NCBI GenBank assembly: GCA_000320545.1
Contig: ADNK01001335.1
Coordinates: 1 to 64,000, forward strand
Length of the DNA stretch: 64,000 bases
Source: Bigelowiella natans CCMP2755
Taxonomy: Eukaryota; Protista; Cercozoa
Direction: 5' to 3'
A program made the position numbers and the translations under genes. A model generated the notes under the pieces. It had not been told where the DNA came from. It saw only the letters and a list, made by a program, of their open reading frames with translations, and made no database searches. This document shows, one piece after another, positions 51,945-64,000 of this stretch. Each line of letters opens with the position of its first letter. Within the stretch, counting starts at the first letter, position 1.

Positions 51945-54900
51945 TCACGATTTTTTCTTCCTACCGAACAACAGCCCCCGCATTATCCCCGAGAAAGACC
52001 TTGAACCCCGCCTATTGCCGCCAACAATTCCGCTCCCTTTCGATTGTAGCTCGCCACCGGACGTCGTATTGATCTCTGATGAATTCTCCAGAACGGGGCT
52101 TAATAGACTGGAGTGTTTAGCTCTGGCTTCTCTCTCATGCCGCAAAGAGACCCCCGTCTGCTGCAACGCGGTGACAAACACTGAAAACCCGGCTAGAATA
52201 TCGGCTTGGGGAAGCAGAAACAATTTGACGTCGCCGGTAGAATGAGCAACTAAGCAGTACTGTTGGTTCTCTACAAACGCCAAAGCCGTAATTTCAACCG
52301 GTGCTGCTGCTGCTGCTTCTTCTTCTCTATCCGACATAATACCTAATTGGGATGATGCACGAGACAAAACCACAATTGCATACCGAATCATTCGAAAGCA
52401 TAACCCCATTCTCACCAGTATGACATACCGGCGTCTTCTTCCTTGCCAGCGCCCACCTGTCCACCATCGTTGTCACCACCAGTGGGCTTTGTTGCTCCTC
52501 TGTCCCCTGCCCCTCCGCTGTCACCAACCCCTTCCCTCCCGTCTGTGTTGCTTTTCGCTGACTGCTGGCCTGCTCCATCAGAACCAACCATGAGACCTTG
52601 TTTTTCCTCAATATCAAAATCCTCAATCTTTTCACCCCAAACCAACAATCACGAATAAAATCACAACTTCTCTCAACCCCCACCCAACTACCTGATAAGG
52701 GCTGCTCGCGTTTAGAGTCCGAAGCACTGCTACCATTTAAGGAAGATTCTGGTGACGTCGTTGCTATAGCTTGAACTATGGAAAGATCCCAGGACTGAAC
52801 AGCGACAAGAAAACACACAGTAATTGGGTCGGATTCTCAGGGCTCCTTCCCCACATTTTGTGCTATAACCCCACCCCCCACCCCTCGTCCACCCCCCTTT
52901 TTTTTCTTGAAGGAAACGGAAAAAAAATCACGAAGCTCTGTCGAAGAACGACAAAATCGTCGGCGCGTGCTTGTGTGTCCGGTTCTCATGCATTTTTGAA
53001 AACGTTTCCTCCATTACACATTACAGCAAATTGAGGAAAATTAAGTAAACGACCGATCGGATGGATTGCATACACGAATGAGAGAAGGAACGAATACATG
53101 GATAAACGGACAAATCATTACCCGGAGGAACACCAATTCCCCTGCTGGCATGCCACAGCCGATGAAGTCTCCCATTGGTGATATTTCTAGGGTGCTAACA
53201 AAGGCGCCCATCCCTCTCGATGCGATTTCATCACCCGCAGGAGAGTAGAGCACCAGTGTTTCCTCGGCGCGAATATTGCTGCTGCTACGGCTGCCGCTGC
53301 CTTCCTCCTCTTCTAAGCGCTCCACACTACTACCGGTGCTGGTATCCGGGGCGGCGATCGGGACGTATGATACCAAGATAAATGTAAGGTTGTTCCTTGT
53401 AGAAATCAGCCTAACCTTCATCGCAGTGAGGGTTTGGGACGGCGGCCGCACCAGCCGCATGCAGCGCCCTTGATAGGTGGAGTAAATGGCGAGGCAGTTG
53501 CGAGAGTAGGACGAGACGCAAGAAGAATCATCACCACCACCTGCATCAGTACTACCCGCCCACCTCTCTCCACCCTCCTCCTCCCTCCCTCCCCCCCGGT
53601 CCTCCCACACCTCCCGCTGCAGCGCGCGAGAAACGCCTATGCTCACGCCAATACCAGCCCTCATGTTGATATCGCAGTCGACTACAGGGCCTTCATGCAC
53701 TCGAAATCGGGCGAAGGGCTCCAAGCTGATGGGACTCCGTCGCCACTCGTGCTTCTTCACAGCGGTGTTCCACAGGCACACACACCCCGCTCTATCGCCA
53801 GAAATGATAGCGTTTTGCTGCAAGGCCAGCCTGAGCGTGGAGACCACGCCCAGGTGCTGATTGACCTGTGACAGCAGCATTACCCGCTTGCGATCGTTGA
53901 GATAGCAGCGGAAGCTGTGGTCACGATACCCACCGACGAATAAAAAACGCGAGTTTTTGCTCAGCGCCACGCACTGGGATAGGCGCGGCGTCGGAGATGG
54001 TCCTGATCGCGTCGCGGCTGGGGAAAGCCATGCAGGACACGGCAGCAGCCTGTCGCTGCCCTCCATAACGAGAGGCCTAGCTTCAGAACTCCTGCGGTTT
54101 TGCTTCGTGATTAAGCTGAACAGGCCCGCGACGGAGAAACGCGACGACGATGACGAGGAGGACGCGGACGATGATGATGGCGACATCATGCTGCCGCTGC
54201 CGAAAGCGGAAGCCCTCCTCATGCCCCCCGGGGGGGTGGGAGCCATCACCAAGTTGCTGTTGTGCGCGAGCATCGGAGAAACAGCTGATGTGTTGGTGCC
54301 CGTCTTGCTCTTTTCCGGAGTGCTAGGACCAACAGCATCACTATTATCCCGGGTGCCGCTGCAGTCATTATTTCCGGACCTCGCCACCGACACCGGATGC
54401 AACGAAGAGCGCTTAGCCGCTGGCAGAGGAGGACTGCCTGGCGAGGAGACTGAGATCGCTGGCGAGGCCGATGGAGACAGCATCATCCTCCTCCTTTGTG
54501 GCTTCACGGGGGTTGAGGCGCGCGGCTTGGAGAATCGTTTCGGGTTCCTCGGGATGGCATTCGGTAGTATACTCGAGTGCCCCAACGACGGATTTCCAGT
54601 GAGATTGACCGCCATCTCAACGCACGCATCCAACATCCCTGACAACTCGACGCGTCTCACTCTCACCGCTAAGCAGCTCGTTTGGTGAGTCACCGAGCCA
54701 GGAGGCGCAGGAGGGGGAGGGAGGGGAGGGGGGGGAGTGGGGAGTAGAGTAGTAGCTGCAAGGGTGCTGCTAGTGCCAGCTGCAACTCTCCTAGAGGAAG
54801 AGGAAGAAGAAGAAGAAACGCTGCCGTTCTTGCTATGATCCCCAATACCACCACCCCCCCGAACATTTTCATCATTATCATCATCATTATCATCATCATT

Positions 54901-57900
54901 TTTTCGCGGTGTCGTGAGATCGCGCTTCTTCTGCTTCTTCTTTCCCTCCTCCTCCTCCACCCCCTTCTTATTCTTCTTCTCCGTTATTCGAAGAATATCA
55001 GTCTCTGTGACGATGCACAGGCTACCTAGTGCGTCTACGGCCAGCCCGCACACCCGCTTCCTCCTGTTCACTTTGAAAACATTCACGGAGCCGTAGTGGG
55101 GGGGCATAACGAACGGCAGCTTGAGGCTGCTCTGCTGAGCTTGCTGGGTCATTATCGCGGCTGCATCCTTCTCTGGGTGGGGGGTGGTGAAAACCTGGCT
55201 GGGGGTTTGGCCGAACGAGGAGATTTGAGCTAGCGTCGCCTCCCTCGTCTTGGGCTCTGTGATCAGAGATACGTCCACCTGCCCAGGGTAGGTCAGGTAG
55301 TAGAAGAGGTTCTTTGCGTCCTCCGCCCTGTGGCCTTTCTGCGAGGCGCCGAATATGAGGTCGATCCACAGGTGCAAGCGTCGAGAGACGATGGGGCTCT
55401 CCAAGGCCTGCCGGTGCAGCCGAACGAACCGCTCTGGGCAGCCCTTCGCCCACGGCGGAAGCACCACGTCGCCCACGGCCTCGCCGTTCTGCTTCACCCC
55501 CAGCCGCAGCCGGTTGCTGTTCCGCAGGAAGCGCGCGTTACAGAAGAACTCCGGGATGAGCTCCTTGACGTCGGAGAGCTGCGTGTAGGACAGGTGCCAG
55601 GCCTTCTGCACGGAGTCGAAGAGGCGGTCGGGGAGGTCGAAGCGCCCCCCCTGCTGGGCAAGAGCCAGCGTTGCGTACGGTTCCACGCGGACCAGGAAGT
55701 AGTTGACGATCCCCGGAGATGAATAGTGCGAGCCATAGTGGAATGGCGGCACGTCAGGCAATGGGTTCTCGAATCGCTCATCGATTGCCTCAAGCCTGTC
55801 CGGGTTGAGGGCGCCCATGGGCTTTGAAAGATCGCGATAAATACCAGGGTTGCGCAGATCCAGGGTCTTTGACGTGAAATCGTGAATCACCCAAGGGAAC
55901 ACCGGGTACTGCGACACGTCGTTGTACGTGCGACCCGCGATTGTGTTGACATGCATCAGGTACTGGAAGTTGGAGATCTCGCCGCGTTTCCATTGGCTGA
56001 CGATGCCGGACTCTTGCAATCGCCGGGTGGGCGAGATCTTGAAAGGCAGCCGAAGGTTCTTGCAGAGCCGCCTGTAGATCTCATCGCGCCCCCGCTGGCC
56101 GCCCGTGTGGAAGTTGAAGAAAACCGAGGTGTGGTCCTTGAAGAAGAGCTCTATGGCCGTGTTCTGCAGGTAGAATAGCCGCGGCATCGCCTGCCTGATT
56201 TCCGAGGACATCATGATCACCTCTACGTTGACCTTTTCTCCCAGTACCCGCCCTCCCTGATCTCCTCCACTCTCGTCTCCACTGACTTCATCGGCTGCAG
56301 CACCAGCATCCATACTGGGCACGTGGGGGAATCCGAGTAAGGCGCTGTGGGACACGGAGACGGTCTCATAGCCAAGACTATAGTTCTCGTACACGAACTT
56401 TGCCTTGAAGATAACGTGGCTCTGCGTAATGTACATAACTCCCGCCACCTTCTTCAAAGTGGTAATCATGATGCATTCGGCCTGCATCTGGACTTCCCCG
56501 TACGTGTGCAGGTCGTTGGCCCCGCCCATGCCGCCATCGACACCGCCATCTCCGCCAGCCCCCCCCCCCAGGTCATCGTCATCTTGTTGCTGGTCCATCA
56601 TACCGGATGCTTCATCGGCGTCGACAACGTCCCAAGCGCCACCTCCTGTTTGATCATCATCGTCGTCTGCTGCGGCATCCACACCTGCAGAATCTCGCTT
56701 ATTCTTCTTCTTATTCTTCTTATTCTTGCCGTCATCCGTGACCTCACTGTTGTCATCGTCGTTATCACCCTCCTTTGCGCTACCCCCCTCATCTCGCACG
56801 ACCCCGGCGGTGGAGAACTTCTTCACATCAATGTTCTTCTGCCTCTCCGAGTGGGCCGGCGAGGTGGGGCCGGAGGCCTGTTTCCCGAGTCGTTGTCTCT
56901 TTAAGCGCGTTCGGAAGAGCGTCCTGGATCGAGAGGAATCTTCGACGGCGGCCAGGCACCACACCTCGTTCTTCTGCTGCGCCTCGAGATCCCTCTCAAG
57001 AAGCAGCTGCCCGCCCGTGTCAAGAAGGCTATCCTCCATCACTGCATCACTATTGCTGCTGCCGCCACTGCTGCTGCGGGAAGTAACACTCGCACGGCCT
57101 CTCCTTCTCGCGCGCTCCTCGCATGTTTTCATAAGATTGATCATGGAGTCTAGGTAGACAACGCTTGTATTACTGCTGCTGCTGCTGGTGGTGGTGCTGG
57201 TGGTGGTGCTGGTGATGCTGCTGTTGACAGTGTCGCTAGCTAGTGGAGGCTTGATAGAGAAGCGGTGGCGCCGACGGCTTCTCCTGGCAGCTTTGGCTAG
57301 TTTCACGTCATACTGCGCACAGAAGGACTGCACGAACCGAAGTCCTGGATTACGCCCACCCCAGTCCCACTCGCCGTCGCCCGCTAAAGCAAGACCAATC
57401 CCTCCTTTCCCTGCACCGGGGGGGGCTGGCTTGGTGATGTCGCGCTTACTCAATCTTATACGCCTTCTGAGGCACGCACGCTGTACGATGTAGGTTGTGT
57501 TGCTCCAGCTGTTGAAGATCTTTCTAACGGGGTCGTCGAGGACGTCACCATCATCGCGTTCACCACCACGATCAAATTTATTATTAAAAATACTAATATT
57601 GCTGTCACCCCTCGCGCTGCCATTTGCCCCGCCGTCAATGTTTTGTGGGGATTTGGTAATGACGGTACTACTAGTGCTGGTGCTGGTGTCACCGTCAGTA
57701 GCTGATGCAGCCGACTTATCCAAGATCTTGCTTTCCTCTTTGTTGCCCTCCCCCTCTTCCTCGACACCGCCTCCACTACCATCAGCGCTAGTATTTTCCT
57801 CTGCCCGCGCTTCGGTGACGCTAGCTTTGTCGCCCCCTTCCCCGCTCTCCCTGCCACCTACCATTGGTGTCGCAGCCGCTGGAGCTGCGACGACGGGAAA

Positions 57901-60525
57901 GCGCCGAGTATGTTTAGAAAACAAGCTCCTGAGGGACTTCCTTTCTTTATAGCGGCGCTCGCGCATGACCCGTTGGAACCAGGCCTCATGATCTCTGCAC
58001 AGCTTCAGGTAGGAGTTGTAGAAATTCGTAGAGCGGAGTGCGTCGACGACCTCGAGAGCCTCTCTTACCGCGGCTGCTGAGAGATCCTCGCCCAGCTTTT
58101 TAGAGGTCAAGGCACTTGACTTGACCGCAGCCTTTGCTTCGGGGAAACAGGCCAGCAACGACCCACGCCACAGCATGAATAGCTCGGTGATGCTCTGCTG
58201 CATATCCAGAAGATTCACCATGTGCTTGTCGTCCTCCAAAGGTGATGATGACCCGGCAGCAGCGGTAGCAGTAGCAGCAGCACCTTTTTTGGATGGTGAT
58301 GATAACGGTGAGAGCAGCGACGATGGAAGCCGTCGTTCGCTACTGGGGATAGAAGTGGTTGCACTGCCGTTCTCGTCTCCAGAAGGTAGAGAAGCACCAG
58401 TCGCCGACGCATGTTTATCACCGCCCTCTCCTTCCTCCTCCTCCCCTTCCTCATGAACACCACCTTGCCCCTCTTCCGCTGATTTCTTCGCTATCTTCTC
58501 CTCCGACCCCCCTCCTCCTTCCGCCTCCCTTTTCTGTTTCTTTTGGTCTAAATTCTCCTGCAGCACCTGCAGCATTCCGTCACGCACGAGACACAGCACC
58601 ATGGCAAGCGTTCGTATGTTGGCGTGGCTGTGTTTGGTCAGGCGCAGCTTGTACAGCTGCCGTGCGTAGCCTAGCAAGTGGGGCACGATGCCTGCGTATT
58701 CTCTGAACGGCAGGAGGTAGCGGAGGTACCGCAGCAGGATTCGTAGGACATCCTGGCGCCTCGACGGCATGGGGAAGTGCTCCATCACACCCACCAGCAG
58801 AATCAGCAACAGCCGCTTGCGTACAAACAAAGGGCTCGCGGTGCTTTCAATGCTGCTCCTGCGCCGCCGCTTCCGCTCTTTCGTGCTGCCACTGCTTCCG
58901 TCCGCCACGGCTGCACCCTGCTTCCCTTTGCTTCTTCTCTTCGCCGTTCCACCGTCCTGGCTTGCAGAGCTGCTCTCGCTGCTGCTGCTATTGCTGCTGA
59001 GAGGCCCTCTTGGCTCCTTCTTCAGGTCGGGCAGTCTTCCAACCTCGAATGACACGCCTTGGTTGTGGAAGAGTGCCTCCTCCACGAGGTGCATCGTAGG
59101 CACCAGGTTCCCCTTGATGAGGCGCATGATCTTCTCGCTGTGCTGTCTCCTGGAGGATGACGAGGAAGAGGAGGAGGAGGAGGAAGAGGAAGAGGAGGAG
59201 GAAGAGGACGACGACGATATGGAAATGGAACCCTTGTATTGACCAGAAGTTGGGAGCAGGGCGGATAGGGTACCATAGAGCACTTGCCTCCAAATAAGGA
59301 GAGAGGTCTCGGATAATCTTCCATTTGCATCTTGCGCTATCAACTTCTTGTCGTGCCTTTCCGCCTTGCTTCGTCGCCCTCCCTTTCCCACCGGAGTGGT
59401 AGTAGGTGTGGCGGTGTTGTTGTTGTTGTTGTTGTTGTTGTAGCCCAACAAATCGTCCCAGATCTTTATGCAGTAGCGCATCTCGCTGAGAGCTAGCCAT
59501 CCGTTCTTGAACGTCGTGATGCAATGGCGCAGGGCGTGGTGGGTGATGTGGAGGGCGAAAAGCCCTGCATGCGTCTCTTGGTACAAATACGGCGCCACCG
59601 CCACCTGCCAGAACTGCTCGCTCACAAGCCGTGTGAAGCAGGACACGTGCGCTCGCAAACATGTGAACGAGTCTAAGAGCAGCTTTTCCTGCGTGCCCCC
59701 CCCCGCCTGGGCACCGATGGTCAATAGTGCGGTCAGCATGGAAGGAGAGTGCATGCGCATGCGTTCGTGCACCTCCACCATCATGTCCTTGTCTGCAACC
59801 CTATTCGATCCCATGGCCCACGCCATCAGCGTCTCCCTTACTTGCCCATCTAGTGCCGCCTTGTTGCTCCACCAGCCCCCACCCCCTGCCTCGCAGCAGA
59901 GCAGCAGCTTGGTAACGTGGCTCGCGAGGGAGCTGGTCATCGCGTCTTCGACCGTCGATATCCGCAATATGGGGTAGGGGCTGCCCTCCAGCTCGGAAGT
60001 ATCGACTGCCTTGCTCGCGTCCCCCCCCCTACTACTATTGTGCTCGGGGGTTGATAGTGACCACATCATCACTATGCGGAGGGCCAGGCCCCTTGTCTGC
60101 GTGTCGGGGTAGGAGAGCAGCCTCAGCACCATTGCGATGCCGCCGTTCTCGATGACCTTCCTCTCAGGAACGTGCATACCACCGTCTTGCTCGTCGCCAC
60201 CCTCATCATCCAGCAGGCCAAAGATGCCCCCTAGCCCAGCCAGCCCCAGGCGTGCGACAGTAGACACCACGCCACTGCCCGTGGACACAGCGTCCCCCAG
60301 GATCGTGCTGTTACCGGTGGGATTGCTGGCGGTGGTGACGGTAGTGAGCACTGAGGAGCGCCGCATCGGGGCAGATGGGGAGGCAGGGAGCGGGCTGAGG
60401 TAAAACAAGGACTCTGTTCTCGCTAGGCTGAAGAGCTTCAACAGGGTCCTGGTCACCTCCCTCACCACAATTACATTAAGCTCGCACGGCGGTGGCGCCG
60501 AAGAAGCGCCAGCACCACCAGCGGC

Positions 60526-60559
<34 letters not shown>

Positions 60560-62095
60560 GGAGTGTTTTGACCCTTGCATGTAGTGGTACTAGGATTAGC
60601 AGTAGGAGTATTGTTATTTGGACCGATGGTTGGACTTGTAAGGGAGTCTAGCAAGTCTACCAGCGTCTGCACTACATGCAGCGTCTGTACGTCTGGCTCC
60701 AGAGGAGGAAGAGGAGCTGCAGCCCCTCCCTTCTTCGCTTGGCTGGCGGCTTTAGCACGGTGGTAATTTCTTTGTTGCTGGGTTGCTTTCACCATGAAAA
60801 CGACCGCGTTCAGCAGCATACAAGCGGCCGATATTTGGCGTTTGATCGCCAAACGATATGAGGATAGCTCGGTTTTCAACTTCCCATTCGCCTCCCCCCC
60901 CTTCTTGTAATCGCAGGAGGTCGTGGTCGCTCTTTGGTTAGCTCCTCCTTCTCCTGCAAGAGAAGTAGGAACAGCGCTGCTGCTTGGATTGAACGCCCAT
61001 GGGGCAACGAATCGCAACCAGTCCAGGGTGCGCACAGGGCCCAAACTGTTGGCGAATGCCTAGGTCATCCCGGAAGAGGATCGGACATAATAGATACAAA
61101 ACAACACGGAACAAACACGGAAACAAGATCAACCAAATTCACGGGAGAACGAAAAGTTAGAAGGATCCTCTCCTCCCCCCCCCCCCCCCCCCCTCCCTCT
61201 CTCCTCTCTCTCTCTCCTTCAGAATTGTGCATCTTCTTCTTCTTCTTCTTCTTCTGCTTTTTCTCCTTCTACAAGTGCGTCTTGTGTTAAGTATCGTTCA
61301 CACCACATAAGTCACCTTCGGATATCGTTCCACGAGGCTTTCGAATAAACGAAGCAGCCGCAGGACCGACTCGGAAGCCACAGAAGAGGAAGAAGCAGCC
61401 CTTGACGCCCGTCCTTTCTTCATCTTCTCACCACTCTTCGTATCACCTCCCCCTCCTCCCGTATTGGCACTGGTTGGTGATGAAGTCTTATCTGTCGTGT
61501 CAGTAGCGACAGCAGGGTCCTCGCCATTCGCTGGCACCATGCTTATCCCTCCTCCTCCTCCTCCTCCTCCTCCTCCTCCTCCTCCGTTGCTGGCGTTGTT
61601 CGTCCAGTAGTACATATCGAGGAGGGATATGGCAGCCTCGGTGACGTGCACCTTGCTTGGTGTCATATCAAGGGCCTCTATCGCCATTATTAGGGAGGCA
61701 ACTCCATGAGCAGCAGCCTGGGGGTGAGAAGGAGGGGGGGGGGGGAGGGGAGGGAAGCAAGATGAGTGACGCTGCGGAGGGAGGGGGGATAGACTGCAAG
61801 GCATGATTTCTCAATATTCTACTTTCACACTCCTCCTAGTACTACGGCCACTAACATTACTACATATTGCTACTACCTATTACTACTACTACTACTACTA
61901 CTCCCGACTACTACTACTACTACTTCTCCCTATTACTACTGCTACTCCCTCATATTGACCATTGAAGGCTTTGTGTAGTTGAGGAGGGCGGTGCGTATCG
62001 GCCTCGGTCCCATGCAGAAATACTCCGTTTGGAAACGAGCATCGTATGAAACCAGATCGGATATTAACGATATAGCCTCGCCTATTATGTTCCGC

Positions 62096-62135
<40 letters not shown>

Positions 62136-62413
62136 TATAATAAACTCAAGCCACTCAACCTCTCATGTCTTCATTCGCACATAAGTACGTTGTCGCTGGA
62201 GCTGTTTGTATTAGTGTTTCTATTATAGCTCGATCTTCTCCTTCTGGCCCTGCTACTACTACTGCTACTACTACCTATGAAGATATCAGCAGACTTACAG
62301 CTCCTCAAAAAGTCGCCGATGATGATGGCATTACTCGACTTCCCTCCGCCATTCTTCTCATCATCCCCATTCGCTAGAATGCCTCCTGAGAGAACCAAAA
62401 CACCCAATATGTA

Positions 62414-62453
<40 letters not shown>

Positions 62454-62724
62454 TGAAAGGTCGGGAGATGTGCTCTTCAGACTACGATACATAAGATTTA
62501 CGCGAGTTATGTGGTCCAATGGCATATGTTTCCGCGGTGCAGCAGCAGTAGCAAAAGCAGCAGCAGGAGCATCTCCAAATTGCTTGTGTGACTAGTTCAC
62601 AAAACGAAACTAGTGCTAATGTACAACCTGGGGAAGTTGTGTGTAACAAGAGACTGAGGCCGCCTAGTCTCGCCAGCGTCTGCTCGACCAGCATCGTGAT
62701 GATGCGTGAATCAAGAATAAGAGA

Positions 62725-62757
<33 letters not shown>

Positions 62758-63083
62758 AGTGCAAAGACAACTATGGGAAAATATCCATAGGTAACGATAT
62801 GCAGAGGGGAGAGGAGGGGGGGGGACGCAAGCTTCTAAACTTAGGAAGAAATTCATGTTGAAAAGGACTATCCGAACAGTTGTTTTGGTGTCCCCTAACC
62901 CCTCTCCTCCACCACTCTCTTTTCCCTACCGTGTGGATATTAGGAGAAAAATGCATCCTGACGCTCCCAACGCCAGAAGCCTGGTCACTCGCGTCTGGGA
63001 TAATGATTTTCAGAAGGGGGGGGTTCAAAGAAACGACATTCGTAATTAATTATTCTGGGAGCTCTTCAGCATTGTAGCATCAC

Positions 63084-63114
<31 letters not shown>

Positions 63115-64000
63115 ATGGGACCTGGGGCCAACAACAACTTCTGTCCGCAGTGCTCCAAGGACTCCCACCCAATCTGCGTTAAAGTCATAATTAAGCCATG
63201 ATATCATGTCACCAACGGCCCGGTAGCGCCCCCCAACACCACCACCATCACAGCTCCTTCTTCATGCGTTGGTAATACTATTATAATCACAGCAATCCTT
63301 TCCTCCTCCCCGCACGGCTATTACCGGTGCGTAGCTGCCACCGTCCTCGGAGAAAAGGTGAGGGGAGATACCGAAGACGTAGCGAACAAGGATTCGCGTG
63401 GGCGCACGGCGTAGCATCTTGGAACCGCGCTTTTGAAGACCCAGCAAGGACGGTATCTGGATGTGGACATATATGCATATATCGGCATGTCAGCTCCCCT
63501 TCTTCATCGTCATTATCATCTATAAAAGCAGCAATAACATCAACAACAATATCCTCCCCACCACCCCGGCTCTTTTCGTATGTATCTTGTATCCCCTTCT
63601 CCTCATCATCATCATCGTAAACATCGCTTTCGCTACGACGCCCAGCTATCACAACATAGCATAACACAGCACAAACAGCAGCAGCAGCAGCAGCAGCAAC
63701 TTGTTGTATGAGCGCCACTGGTCCGTCCTTGAGGGAATGAATGTCAGGCACTCTGTCGGGCCCTGCAAAGTGCAGCTGCCTGATCTGATAAGGGATGGTG
63801 ATAAATGATGATGATAACGATCTTGATACTTGGCTATAGGGGGGTGGTAGCTTCAAATCTGGGTTATATTTGCACTCGTTTTCACAGTTTTCCCCATGTT
63901 TCACTGCCCTTCTTTCCTCCCCCTCCCCCTCCTCCTCCCCCTTCGCTCTCAAATATCCAACGGCTACCTTCAGCTGCGAGAGGCACTGATCAAAGACGTG
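51945..64000 (-). CDS. Large PH-BEACH-WD40 (neurobeachin/LRBA/NBEAL-like) protein; 5' end probably lies beyond the window
   Basis: ORF 53041-61044 has RLFYLQNTAIELFF (PH), WKRGEISNFQYLMHVNTIAGRTYNDVSQYPVFPWV, HYGSHYSS, DVKELIPEFF, LHLWIDLIFG and FGQTPSQVFTTPHP, followed by WD40 repeats. Further exons lie at 51945-52796 and 61298-63950. Confidence 0.93.

Noticed and set aside
55000-56200. Lower TA frequency in the BEACH core
   Set aside because: Explained by GC-rich codon usage. Tyr codons and non-CTAG TAs are plentiful.
53066-60900. Long + strand ORFs opposite the BEACH gene (likewise opposite ATRX and the coiled-coil gene)
   Set aside because: Antisense shadows of real coding sequence with no domain signal.

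Overview
Eukaryotic nuclear DNA with GT-AG introns rich in microsatellites. It probably comes from an alga with a secondary plastid, chlorarachniophyte-like, because CGLD27/Ycf36 carries a signal peptide plus transit-like leader. About 12 host genes lie in alternating orientation: AP-4 beta-like 3' end (+), secreted TPR-like protein (-), Rubisco-LSMT/SETD3-type SET methyltransferase (+), CGLD27 (-), a small uncertain gene (+), an unknown gene (-), a coiled-coil protein (+), TTC4/Cns1 (-), PRL/PTP4A (+), ATRX (-), a tyrosine kinase-dynein MTBD-LRR fusion (+) and a PH-BEACH-WD40 protein (-). The most striking signal is not a gene. A 6.2 kb pogo/DDE_1-like DNA transposon (31574-37789) and a 1.5 kb relic (~50240-51780) have lost almost every TpA dinucleotide, apparently by TA->TG/CA change on both strands, and nearly all surviving TAs sit in CTAG. 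Tyr codons appear to have become His/Cys, TAA/TAG stops are gone, intronic (TA)n tracts look like scrambled TG/CA runs, and a 1.2 kb tract next to the element holds about 75 CTAGs. I infer a RIP-like but A:T->G:C, TpA-specific, repeat-targeted hypermutation (genome-defence) process that I do not recognise as a described system. All counts are by eye and need computational confirmation.
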